This document shows, in pieces, positions 50,089-59,818 of a stretch of DNA of 64,000 nt. A program made the translations under genes and the position numbers. The notes below the pieces were generated by a model, which ran no database searches, was not told the DNA's origin, and saw only the letters and a list, made by a program, of their open reading frames with translations. The DNA lies in the NCBI GenBank assembly GCA_963706575.1, contig CAVPNL010000006.1, positions 192,001 through 256,000 of the forward strand, read 5' to 3'. This stretch comes from an uncultured delta proteobacterium (GTDB taxonomy: Bacteria > Desulfobacterota > Desulfobacteria > Desulfobacterales > JAHEIW01). Within the stretch, counting starts at the first letter, position 1. Each line of letters starts with the position of its first letter.

Positions 50089-51828
50089 TTATTCAGTTTT
50101 CCTAATTTCTGCCATTCGCACTAGAAATTGATCGGCCGGCAAAAAATCAACCAGGCGCAGATCGCGTCGTTCCTTTCCCCAACTGTCCAAAAAGATAACC
50201 GTGGGGACACCTTTAACGTTAAATTGACGCAATAAATCTTCATAGACCGGATTGCCTTTTCGGGTGAGGTCAATCTTTATCATGCTAAAATCTGTTTTAG
50301 CCTGTTTGACGATTTCAGGATTATGAAAAGTGACTTCATCCAGTTCGCGACAGGGAGCACACCAGTCGGCATAAAAATCAAGGATCACCGGCTTTTTCAA
50401 TCTCTGGGCATCCACCAGTAACGGTTCCGAGTAGGGCTGCCAGGCGACACCGGGACCGTGCATCACCCATGAACCAATAAGGGCCGTGGCGATGATCAGT
50501 CCGGTTATGGCTGTACCGGTTCTAAGCCACTCGAATCCCCGAAACTCGGCCCGGCTCCGATCTATCCAGCCCAGGTGTAATGCTGCTGCCAAAGCCACGG
50601 CGGACAGTAAGAACACTTTTACGGTACCGGGTAATAACGGCTGAATAAAATAAGCGGCCATGCCCACCAGAATCCAGCCCAAAAGTTTTTTTACCCACAG
50701 CATCCACTCACCGGAGCGGGGAAGTTTGCGCAGCTGTCCTGAAAACAGGGCCAGGAAAAAAAGAGGCAGACCCAGACCGAGGCTCAATGTAAAGAAGATT
50801 AAAAATCCGATCCAGATGCTTCCGATAGTGGCGACCCAGGTCAGCAGACCCAGGATAAACGGGCCGATGCACGCGGAGGCCACCACGCCTAATGTCATTC
50901 CCATAAACAGGCTGCCAAAGTAGCCGGAATAGGATTTTGACGCGGCCTGTGACAAACTGTATGGGAGTCGCATTTCCCAGAGTCCAAAGAGACTGGTGGC
51001 AAAGAAAATGAGTACGGCGGCCACCAGGACGAGCACGACGGGGTGTTGCAGTAAACTTCCAAGCATCCCGCCGCTCAAGGCCGCAATCACCCCGAGCACC
51101 GAGTTGGTGATCGCGAGTCCTCCGATATAACAGGTCCCGTGGATCAACAATCTTCTCTGGTTTTGACCACTTCTACCGCCGAAATAGGAAACCGTAATCG
51201 GGATTAAAGGGTAAATACACGGTGTCAGGTTCAGGGCGATTCCGCCGGCAAAGATTCCCAGAAGTGTCCATATCATCGCCCAGCCCTCTAAGGGCCGTGA
51301 CTGCTGGGGCGCAAGCGATGTTTCAGAAAGCCCGGCCGGAGAGCTGACAACGGGCAAATTCTTTGCGTGCCACTGCGGATAGCCCATGGGATCGCGAAAG
51401 ATATTTTTATAACCCAGTGTTACGGCCACCCGGGCCGCCGAGTCACTGCGGACTCATGCCAGCCCCGCTCAGTAAAACACGATGAAACGATTTTTGTCCG
51501 GCCCCAGAAATTTCTCAAGGGCGCCTTTATTTCGCCAGCGCGACAACCAGGTCGGCTCCATGGGGAAATTAAGGGCGCCATTGATGTGCCCGGTGCGGTA
51601 TTCCCATTCCTGACGGGTGTCCACCAGGAGTACCGTTTCAGGGTCTTTTTGATAGCGGTCCCATAATGCATCGGTGTCAATAATCCGGTAGCCGCCCTGC
51701 TGGGCCTCGGCCAGCACATCGTTCCAGGTTGCCGCCTTGGGGGTGACCACCCGGTTGGTGTGCCAAAGGTAACCGGCAGTAATGGTTATGGCGACTAAAA
51801 CGAAAACAGTTTTTTTAATTGCACTCAT
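50089..51828 (-). CDS. Rhodanese-DsbD(beta-gamma) fusion with two probable Sec (TGA 51469..51471 and 51454..51456)
   Basis: Rhodanese (VDTRQEWEYRTGHINGA), then IVFY-[TGA]-AGLA-[TGA]-VRSDSAA...LGY...GYPQW, in frame with the DsbD ORF (LTPCIYP, SACIGP, DFYADWCAPC). Confidence 0.85.
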
Positions 51829-51919
51829 CTTGCCTATTGTCCGGTTGTCGATTCTGAAAAATAATTTATAATATTTTTTGGTAGTACTCCTGGCCAACCG
51901 CCATAAGGCGACATCGGAG

Positions 51920-52597
51920 CTATGCCTCTTTACCTACAGAAATTGGAAACCCCAGGGCTCGCAAGTCCTGGATTCCCTCTTCGAGCCGCACTGCCTGAAA
52001 ACCCCTTGAACGAAGCATCTCCACGGCCTGGATCGAAAGCACGCAGTATGGACCCCGGCAGTATGCCACGATTTCCTGATCGCGAGGCAAATCCAACAGG
52101 CGCAGTTGCAGCTCTTTAAGCGGGATGGAGATGGCCCCGGGGATGTGTCCGGCGTTGTATTCTTCCACCGGGCGGACATCCAGAACCGTGACTGCTCCTT
52201 TCCCAACCAGCTCCAGAAGCGATTTGCGATCAACCGGTTCCATACCCTCTCTTCCCTCCAGAAAGCGACGCTTGATTTGTTCCACCTCCGCCAGTCTGCT
52301 TTCGGCCAGAACCCGCATGGTGAGGAAAAACTCGCAGACCTTTTGATCGGCAAGACGGTAGTGAACAAATAGCCCCTCTTTTTCGGCCTCCACCAGGCGG
52401 GCTGTCCGCAGAACCTGCAGATGCTGGGAGGCATTTGCGACCGTCAAGCCGGATTCTTTGGCCAAAACCTCGACAGTTCGCGGGCCCTGGCACAGCAGAT
52501 CCAACAGCTCCAGTCGTTTCGGACTGGAAACCGCTTTTCCGATTCGTGCAAACTGCTCATAAATTGCATCTTTAAACACACGATTTGGATTTTTCAT
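51920..52597 (-). CDS. ArsR-family regulator fused to rhodanese
   Basis: ANASQHLQVL HTH plus DVRP.EEYNAGHIPGA, YCRGPYC. Confidence 0.93.
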   Translation of the reverse strand: MKNPNRVFKDAIYEQFARIGKAVSSPKRLELLDLLCQGPRTVEVLAKESGLTVANASQHLQVLRTARLVEAEKEGLFVHYRLADQKVCEFFLTMRVLAESRLAEVEQIKRRFLEGREGMEPVDRKSLLELVGKGAVTVLDVRPVEEYNAGHIPGAISIPLKELQLRLLDLPRDQEIVAYCRGPYCVLSIQAVEMLRSRGFQAVRLEEGIQDLRALGFPISVGKEA

Positions 52598-52612
52598 TTC
52601 ATTCCTCTTTAG

Positions 52613-52660
52613 TATTCAATAGATTAATTGAATATTAAAATAAACCGATTCCTTTGTCAA
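52613..52660 (-). promoter_or_regulatory. Sigma70 promoter and ArsR operator of the arsR-rhodanese operon
   Basis: TTGACA-17 nt-TAATAT on the minus strand, overlapping the palindrome TATTCAAT-N6-ATTGAATA (52613..52634). Confidence 0.75.
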
Positions 52661-52780
52661 GAAAAAGGCGACTTAGGTTAAAAAATGTTGGGTCAAAGAC
52701 CTATCGGAAAGATTTCGACCCATAGAGGAAAATCGTGTAGGCGGAAAAGATCTTACCATCAAATGCAATTTATGGAGAAT

Positions 52781-53346
52781 TTAAAGGCTGGAATTCTGAT
52801 ACATTTTGAGGATTTCTACTTCGCGTGAAAGCCTTATCATGGTGTTCGAAAGTGCGTTAATCAGGCCGTCACCCGTACGAAAATGCTCCTTGTCAGCCCA
52901 GCTATCTTTTAATTGATGCATCCAGCTGTTGGGTGCAGGCGGTACCTTATTCCAGCCGGCATACGGAGCATAAAATAGATAAATATCCCAGGCAACGTGC
53001 CCGTCCCACCCAATACTCTTTGCGATCTCTTTTCCAACAATTTGATCTTGATCGTAAAAATGCCGGAATCTTTTATCACTTAAATACTTAACAGATGGAA
53101 GTGCGGCTTCTATAGAATCATTATCAAGTATTGGAATCCAAACAATTGAAGCAGCGATATCCGCATCCGGAAATTTTGTGATAATTGTCTCGTGTACCGC
53201 CCGGGCACCCTGGTCGCGTCACAATGGACAAGTCGGCGAGAGTAAGGCCAGAAATCGTATTTTCTCCTATTGTTATTAAATTGGTCTTTGAGCGGGTCTA
53301 AAAAGCTGTTCAGCGTTACTATATTGTTTGATTGGTTGATCTCCAT
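52781..53346 (-). CDS. Thioredoxin-fold CxxU probable selenoprotein (TGA 53219..53221; 1-nt frameshift near 53268)
   Basis: RFLALLSPTCPL-[TGA]-RDQGARAV...IVWIPIL...VAWDIYLFY...WMHQL, open for 145 codons after the TGA. Mostly missing from the ORF track. Confidence 0.8.
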
Positions 53347-53375
53347 TAAACTGGGTCCTTACTTTAAATCTTTTT

Positions 53376-53891
53376 TCAACGAATCATATTAAAAGAAATT
53401 TTACCATTCAGTTTATCCACCACCTGGCGGACGTCAGCCAAACATCACCTGCCTTTCGGATTCTTGTTGGCGCAATCGCAAGCACCGGCCTTCTTCTCTG
53501 CTGCGATTTTTTCAATGATCAACGATCGCCCATTTTTGATGAAATCCTGTTCGATATCATTTACGGTATATCCAAAACAGTAACATATTAGATCATCTAA
53601 CTTATAATCTAAATTCTCAGGAGGTTTATCGGAAATATCAGTCGAAGGTGTTTTGTCATTGGTTTTCAGATTCGCAACATACCCGACTTTAAGCAATGTT
53701 TGACAGATTTTCTCTACTGAAACTGTGGATTTGTCATACGATACGATAGCTTTTTTTTCCGGATAACTTGCAAAAGCCTTTTTAACTCCTGGCAGCTCTT
53801 CCAGAGCGCTTACCACTTTGGGCTCTCAGCCCATTCAGGTCATACCCTGTACCTCTAATTCAATCTCATGGGTTCCGTCTGTTGTCTTCAT
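53376..53891 (-). CDS. HMA domain plus Cys-rich (CopZ/BFD-like) domain protein with three probable Sec (TGA 53835, 53826, 53445)
   Basis: LEVQGMT-[TGA]-MG-[TGA]-EPKVVSALEELPGV matches GMTCxxC. ICYCF...CDCANKNPKGR-[TGA]-CLADV matches NPxGxCC. Confidence 0.88.
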
Positions 53892-54078
53892 ATTTGGTGC
53901 TCTCAAGGCTAATTATTTGGCTTTCAAGATTTATACAAAAAGGTTATAATCTACCGTTTAAAAGGTCAATTCCAAAACTTAATCGACTTCCTTATATCAA
54001 ATATCTGCCTTAATATGCTTGCCACCTTCTAAATCGTTATAGACCTGATATGATGGTCCGGCTTGCGCACTATTAGTA

Positions 54079-54555
54079 CTAGTGCGGAGAAATCAGACGG
54101 CCAAAGCAGCTTCTGCGATTGCCTTCAAATAGAAAAATCTGCATACCGAAGACGAAATAAATGACATCCCGCACCAGCGTCAATTCGGGAGAGCTGGCAT
54201 ATCCGCTCTGTCCGGTGGAAAAACACCCGCAATCAAATTCATGGCCACGGATCAGATTGATGGCCAACACAGTGACAAAAGCCAGAAGCAGGGCGTTAAT
54301 GATAATGGCCGCCGAGCGTGGATAAAGACCGATGATTAAGGCGAATCCGGCAACGAGTTCCAGAAAGGGGATGACGATAGCAATCAGGTTGATGAACATT
54401 GCCGGAAAAAGATCATATCCGTATACGATTTTGGCAAAATCCGCGGGTGAAATAATTTTATGCAAACTGGCATAAATAAAGGTGATGCCAAGAATCCAGC
54501 GTCCCGCCAGCTCGATCCAGCTGTTGTTTTTTATGAATTGTGCCCGATTATTCAA
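54079..54555 (-). CDS. MauE/DoxX-family redox membrane protein
   Basis: FIYASLHKI, PFLELVAG, RGHEFDCGCF, LVRD. Confidence 0.88.
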   Translation of the reverse strand: MNNRAQFIKNNSWIELAGRWILGITFIYASLHKIISPADFAKIVYGYDLFPAMFINLIAIVIPFLELVAGFALIIGLYPRSAAIIINALLLAFVTVLAINLIRGHEFDCGCFSTGQSGYASSPELTLVRDVIYFVFGMQIFLFEGNRRSCFGRLISPH

Positions 54556-55042
54556 TTGGATACCCTTCGGCTTCCCAGCCCGGAAATCCGTCAATAAAAA
54601 TCCGCACATTGGTGAATCCAAGGTCTGAAAGAAGCTGGGCCAGCTTGTGGCTATCTTCACAAGTTCTGCCGGAACAATAGGTCACAATGGGCTGTTCGGG
54701 TGGATAGCGGTTGAGGAAGGACTCGATCCGCTTTTCAAATTGGCCTACCGGCAGCGATACGGCTCCCGGGATATGGCCGTTTCCGTAATGGTTTTGCGAA
54801 CGGGCGTCTACAAAAAGAACGTCACCTTTATCAAATAGGGTTTTGGCCCGGGCGACGCTGTCAATTTCTGCTGGCTTTCCCTCTGCAATTCCGCCGGGGC
54901 TGGCGGTAATCACGCCTTCGGCGATATCCCACTGTCCCACCAGGGCAATACCCCTTGGCGAAAGCGTGTTAACCGCCAGGGCCAGGGCCAGCGAAACGCC
55001 CACCAGGATGATGATTTCCTTGATTGTTTTGCGAATAACCAT
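54548..55042 (-). CDS. Membrane-anchored rhodanese-domain protein
   Basis: N-terminal TM, VDAR...GHIPGA, TYCSGRTCEDS, GFPGW. Confidence 0.9.
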   Translation of the reverse strand: MVIRKTIKEIIILVGVSLALALAVNTLSPRGIALVGQWDIAEGVITASPGGIAEGKPAEIDSVARAKTLFDKGDVLFVDARSQNHYGNGHIPGAVSLPVGQFEKRIESFLNRYPPEQPIVTYCSGRTCEDSHKLAQLLSDLGFTNVRIFIDGFPGWEAEGYPIE

Positions 55043-55197
55043 CTATCTGATCCAGGTTCAGTATGATTAAAACGGCCAGAGATAATCCGCTAATCTACAA
55101 TTATAACTCCTGAAATGTTCGGTATCAATATTTTCTATTGCGTTTGCATGCCAAGTTGCCACCGGTCGAAACGGGCCAACGGTGCAACTCGCTAACC

Positions 55198-56058
55198 CTA
55201 TTTTATGAAGGTGCCGTTTTTAATCTCCTCCAATGTCTGTTCAATTTCTTCCTGGGTATTCATGACAAACGGCCCCCAGCGTGCGATGGGCTCGTTTAAA
55301 GGTTTGCCTGAAACCAGCAAAAACCGAACACCCGGTTCCGCTGCCCGCACGGATGCCTGATCACCGTCCCCAAATACAATCAGACGGGGATGAGGAATCG
55401 GTTTGCCGGGTTTTGCGTCGCCGGTTTCAAATACGCCCTCGCCCTCAAAAATATATGCAAAGGCAGCGTGATCCCTTGCGATGGCATGGGAAAACGCTCC
55501 ATTAGGTGGAATCGAGATATCCAGGTAGGTGGGTTCGGCCACGATCTCTTTTACGGGGCCGTGTACACCGTCCACCTCACCGGCGATAACACGGATTTTT
55601 ACGCCATCTTCATGCTGGATTTCCGGTATTTGATCAGACGTAATATTCTGATAGCGCGGGCTTGTCATTTTAAGTTTGGCAGGCAGGTTCACCCACAGCT
55701 GAAAACCGACCATTTCGTCCTCATGGGGCTGGGGCATTTCCTCATGCATAATACCGCGACCGGATGTCATCCATTGAACGTCGCCGTCGGTTATGCTTCC
55801 CGAATTGCCGATGCTGTCCTTATGGTTCACATGTCCGCTGATCATATAGGTTACGGTTTCAATTCCCCGATGGGGATGCATGGGAAATCCCTTCATGTAA
55901 TCGGCAGGATCCTTGGATCCGAAATGATCAAACAGTAAAAAAGGATCGACATGATCCAATGTATTGGTAGCAATACTTCTGATGAGTCTTACCCCGGCAC
56001 CTTCCATTACGGCTTGCGGTTCAATTATCTCTTGAACTTTTCGGGTTTGATTGGTCAT
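55198..56058 (-). CDS. Pirin family protein
   Basis: DPFLLFDH, GFPMHPHRGIETVTY, WMTSGRGIMHEE, FQLWVNLP, GPFVMN. Confidence 0.95.
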   Translation of the reverse strand: MTNQTRKVQEIIEPQAVMEGAGVRLIRSIATNTLDHVDPFLLFDHFGSKDPADYMKGFPMHPHRGIETVTYMISGHVNHKDSIGNSGSITDGDVQWMTSGRGIMHEEMPQPHEDEMVGFQLWVNLPAKLKMTSPRYQNITSDQIPEIQHEDGVKIRVIAGEVDGVHGPVKEIVAEPTYLDISIPPNGAFSHAIARDHAAFAYIFEGEGVFETGDAKPGKPIPHPRLIVFGDGDQASVRAAEPGVRFLLVSGKPLNEPIARWGPFVMNTQEEIEQTLEEIKNGTFIK

Positions 56059-56080
56059 AATTATTACCTTAATTTGCATT

Positions 56081-56158
56081 GTGGGAGCGGCTTCCAGTCG
56101 CGAATACAAGAGCAAATATCACCGTGTTCTGGATATCGCGGCTGAAAGCCGCTCCCAC
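56081..56158. repeat. REP doublet (REPIN-like)
   Basis: GTGGGAGCGGCTTCCAGTCGCGA ... TCGCGGCTGAAAGCCGCTCCCAC. Second copy at 63325. Confidence 0.8.
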
Positions 56159-56210
56159 GTTTGTGAGGAAACCTGTTAAACAATTAAGTCCTTATTTTCT
56201 TAAGTCCTCC

Positions 56211-56822
56211 TTAATTTACCAATTTGGATGCAATGCCGGCCACGTGTTTGCCCTGAAAGCGTGCAGCTTCCAATTCGTTCTCGCTGGGCATTCTGGAGCC
56301 GTCACCTCCGGCAATTGTCGATGCTCCGTATGGGGACCCGCCGGTAATTTCATCTATTCGCATTTGACCCTGAAAGGAATAAGGCAGACCGACTACCACA
56401 AAACCGTGATGAAGCAGGGTGACATGAAACGTAAGAATGGTGGATTCCTGCCCGCCGTGCTGGGTGGCGGTGCTGGTAAAAACGCTGCCGACTTTGCCCA
56501 CCAGGGAACCATTTGCCCACAGCTGTCCGGTGGCATCTAAAAACTGGCGCATTTGCCCGCACATATTGCCGAAACGGGTTGGGGTGCCGAAAATAACTGC
56601 ATCGGCTTTGGCCAGATCATCCACCGCCGCCTCCGCTATCTGTGAAAATGCTTTTTGGGCGTCAACCGCTCCCATTTTTTCCAGAACCTCCTGCGGCAGC
56701 GTTTCGGGTACTCGTCGAATTTCAACTTCAGCGCCGGCAACGGTTTTTACGCCTTCGGCGACGGCTTGCGCCATTTTATACACATGTCCATATGTCGAAT
56801 AGAAAACGATTAGTACTTTCAT
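56211..56822 (-). CDS. wrbA: NAD(P)H:quinone oxidoreductase WrbA
   Basis: [29 protein letters not shown]. Confidence 0.95.
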   Translation of the reverse strand: MKVLIVFYSTYGHVYKMAQAVAEGVKTVAGAEVEIRRVPETLPQEVLEKMGAVDAQKAFSQIAEAAVDDLAKADAVIFGTPTRFGNMCGQMRQFLDATGQLWANGSLVGKVGSVFTSTATQHGGQESTILTFHVTLLHHGFVVVGLPYSFQGQMRIDEITGGSPYGASTIAGGDGSRMPSENELEAARFQGKHVAGIASKLVN

Positions 56823-56845
56823 GTTCAAATCCTCCTCTATAAAAT

Positions 56846-57298
56846 TTATGATTCCCCGCTGAGGCCCAGTTTTTTGCACAATCGCCCTAGCGCATCCTGT
56901 TCGGCCGCCGTCAGCACCCCCAAATCTTCAGCGATCACGGCGGCATGCGGGGGAAATATTTTGTTGATGAGGTGGTATCCCTTATCGGTCAGATGAACGA
57001 TAAAAAACCGGCGGTCGGTTTCACTGCGCTTGCGCCTTACCAGTCCGCTTTTTTCGAGGTTGTCGATCACCATTGTAATATTGCCGCTGCTTCTAAGGAT
57101 TTTTTGCCCGATTTCCCTCTGGGACAGGGGGCCTAATTGATACAGCGCCTCGAGCACGGCAAACTGACTGATGGTCAGGCCCGTCGAAGACAGATGCCGG
57201 TGGGTGCGGGCGGTCACCGATTCTGCCGCTCTCATCAGCTTTACATATGTCCTTAATGCCCGGGTTTCCGCTTTGTTCCCCCGATATCGGCCCCTCAT
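56846..57298 (-). CDS. MarR-family regulator (MhqR-like)
   Basis: [26 protein letters not shown]...DRR...LT. Upstream of wrbA and pirin. Confidence 0.9.
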   Translation of the reverse strand: MRGRYRGNKAETRALRTYVKLMRAAESVTARTHRHLSSTGLTISQFAVLEALYQLGPLSQREIGQKILRSSGNITMVIDNLEKSGLVRRKRSETDRRFFIVHLTDKGYHLINKIFPPHAAVIAEDLGVLTAAEQDALGRLCKKLGLSGES

Positions 57299-57386
57299 AA
57301 TTACCTCAACATTAATTAGTTTAATATTAAAATAATTTGGTTTCATTTATTTGTCAAGTGCATTACCAAATTAGTGGGAACCGAAC

Positions 57387-57402
57387 ATTATCAAATGGTA
57401 AT
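57387..57402. promoter_or_regulatory. Response-regulator box ATTATCAWATGRTAAT (copy 1; others at 59072 and 61398)
   Basis: The same 16-bp near-palindrome lies upstream of three adjacent transcription units. Confidence 0.7.
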
Positions 57403-57583
57403 GTTTGGGTAAGTTTGACATAATTTAGTTTTGATAATTAATTTGATTTAACTTTGCTAATTGCTAAGATTAGGCTGATATACGGGTCACATTGATAATT
57501 ATGGAATATATGAGGAACAAGTGGATTTCGTAAATTTCACCATAGCCTAGCATAGTTCTTTCAGCGCTCACGCCGTTTACCGA

Positions 57584-58825
57584 ATGAGATTTCACACACC
57601 ACATTACTTAAAAGAAAAAGCAAAATTTTCAAAACCGATAAAACAGGTTTCGAGGGGTTTTGTATTCTTTGCCATTGTTGTTTTTATTTTATGGCCGGTT
57701 CTTTCGGCAAAGGCTGAAAACAATGAAGGAGACCACGAAGCCAAACAGCGGCTAAAGCAAATTGAAGAAATAGAAGAAAAAGAGGAAGAAGAGGAAAGGG
57801 TAGGCACTTTAAATCCAATCATTCAAGAAATTTTCGGTGAAAAGGTCAGGCTCAATGGCGTCGTCGAGCTTAACTATGAATATCTTGACGTGGAGGATAT
57901 TGGTGACGAAAATAGTGACAGCAGTTCTGATTTTTTTATGAGCACGGCGGAACTTGCACTCCGGGTTTTTTTTAACGAATGGAGCAAGGCCAGAATCGTG
58001 GTCACGGCAGAGGATGTCGGCAAGCAAGGTGAAGACGGCAAAATACGTCTGGATGAGGCCATCGCCACCCTGAAAAGCCTGCATGTACCCTTGTACTTGA
58101 TCGGGGGTAAAACCGTGATGCCGTTCGGCGTTTTCGAAGACCACCTGATCGAAGGCACGCTTGCCGAAGATTTGTATGAGATCGATGAGTGGGGGGCCAC
58201 CATCGGCTATAATCCCGATTTTTACGGGCTGGACATCTCCTTTTCGGTCTACCGAAATCCGCAGGTCATGCGTAATCTGGAAGATTTCGACACGCATGAT
58301 TTCAGCACCGCACCCAAAAATGAAGATAAATTCAGGTCCTATATCGCCAATATCTCGCTTGAGCCGATTGAAGACACCCTGATCCTGAGCGCTTATTACG
58401 ATAGCGAACCCGGCGATGGCAGACGCAACCAGACCATCGGCGGGGCGTTTACCGTAAATTATTGGAAGTTCACCCTGGATGCTGAATATATCACCGCTCT
58501 AGCGCGGGAGAAGGGAGAAAACGAAGAGGAGAACAAAGAAAGCGCCGGGGTTGTGGGGCTTGCTTTTGAACCGCTGGAATCTTTGCAGCTGGCAACGCGC
58601 TATGCCGTTTTCAGTGATGACAACCCTGGAGATCAGGACGAAGTTTTGGATTACCGTATCGTTGCCGGATTCAACTACTCACTTTTAGAGTTGGTCGACG
58701 TCTCCTTTTTAACCGATGCCACGATTTTCTTTGAATACCGATATTCTAAATATGAAAAAGAAACCGGCAGTGAGGCCACTAACTCACAAAATATGTTTCA
58801 GTTTCAGTTGGTCCTGGGATTCTAG
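57584..58825 (+). CDS. Outer-membrane beta-barrel porin (LbtU-like)
   Basis: Signal peptide, acidic coiled segment, LDEA, GK..MPFGVF, C-terminal Phe. Confidence 0.75.
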   Translation: MRFHTPHYLKEKAKFSKPIKQVSRGFVFFAIVVFILWPVLSAKAENNEGDHEAKQRLKQIEEIEEKEEEEERVGTLNPIIQEIFGEKVRLNGVVELNYEYLDVEDIGDENSDSSSDFFMSTAELALRVFFNEWSKARIVVTAEDVGKQGEDGKIRLDEAIATLKSLHVPLYLIGGKTVMPFGVFEDHLIEGTLAEDLYEIDEWGATIGYNPDFYGLDISFSVYRNPQVMRNLEDFDTHDFSTAPKNEDKFRSYIANISLEPIEDTLILSAYYDSEPGDGRRNQTIGGAFTVNYWKFTLDAEYITALAREKGENEEENKESAGVVGLAFEPLESLQLATRYAVFSDDNPGDQDEVLDYRIVAGFNYSLLELVDVSFLTDATIFFEYRYSKYEKETGSEATNSQNMFQFQLVLGF

Positions 58826-59063
58826 AACCCATCTCAATCCGTCTGGAGGACTAACGCCCGGTTGCAAAGTTTTAAACCTATGACAAGTGCTTATAACAAC
58901 AAGTGAGCTAAAATTAAAAATGAGCTAAAATGCCTAAAGTTATGGTGTCGCTCGCGCAGCGCAGGCGCTTGCGCCGCGTGGCGCTCCATCTTTTAATTTT
59001 AATATGATAGAATACCTCAACTTTAGGCATTTTAGCTCATTTTAGTCACTTTAGGCACTTCTA
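58822..59063. mobile_element. Family B element, copy with inverted core (right TIR not seen)
   Basis: CTAGAACCCATCTCAA start; shared flank TAACRCCCG..AGTTTTAAACCT..AAGTGCTTAYAACA; inverted 9-10-bp arrays. Confidence 0.75.
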
Positions 59064-59140
59064 AATCAGATATTATCATATGGTAATCTGAAGATAATCT
59101 TATCATAATTTTTTTATGATACACTATTTAAAATAATGCC

Positions 59141-59818
59141 ATGCGATTATTATTAGTAGAAGACGACATCAAGATTGCTCAATTTGTGGTGAACGGACTC
59201 AAGGAGGCCGGTTTTGCGGTTGATCACGCCGCAAATGGCGAGGACGGACTGCACCTGGCGTTGACCGAGCCCTATGATATTGCTGTTGTGGATCTGATGT
59301 TACCCAAGGTCGACGGCCTGACACTCATCGAAGAGGTCCGCCGAAACGACATCAATACCCCGGTTCTGATTTTAAGCGCCAAAAGATCGGTTGATGATCG
59401 GGTCAAGGGTCTCAAAACAGGCAGTGATGATTATCTGGTCAAACCGTTTGCCTTCGCCGAGCTGCTGGCCCGGGTCCAGGCCCTCATTCGTCGGTCAACC
59501 CACGTCACCGCTCCGTCCGAGCTTAAGGTCGCTGATCTGACGTTAGACTTGAATTCGCGTAAGGTTTTCAGGGCCGACGAGGAAATTATGCTGCAGCCGC
59601 TCGAATTTTCCCTGCTCGAATATCTGATGCGCAACGCCGGTCGGGTCGTTTCCAAAACCATGATCATGGAACATGTCTGGGATTATAACTTCAGCCCCCA
59701 GACGAATGTTGTCGAAGCCCGCATATGTTATCTGCGGGATAAGATTGATAAGAATTTTGTTAGAAAGCTGATCCATACGGTTCGGGGTGTCGGATATGTT
59801 CTTAAGGAAGCTTCATAA
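59141..59818 (+). CDS. CusR/CopR-like OmpR-family response regulator
   Basis: DLMLPKVDG, DDYLVKPFAFAELLAR, VWDYNF...TNVVE, IHTVRGVGY. Confidence 0.9.
   Translation: MRLLLVEDDIKIAQFVVNGLKEAGFAVDHAANGEDGLHLALTEPYDIAVVDLMLPKVDGLTLIEEVRRNDINTPVLILSAKRSVDDRVKGLKTGSDDYLVKPFAFAELLARVQALIRRSTHVTAPSELKVADLTLDLNSRKVFRADEEIMLQPLEFSLLEYLMRNAGRVVSKTMIMEHVWDYNFSPQTNVVEARICYLRDKIDKNFVRKLIHTVRGVGYVLKEAS

Noticed and set aside
35328..53837. Genome-wide reassignment of UGA to Trp or Gly (alternative genetic code)
   Set aside because: Many genes end normally at TGA (dsrO, rpmA, gntR, pit), and the internal TGAs fall only at Cys or redox-active-site positions. Site-specific Cys insertion at UGA cannot be excluded from sequence alone.
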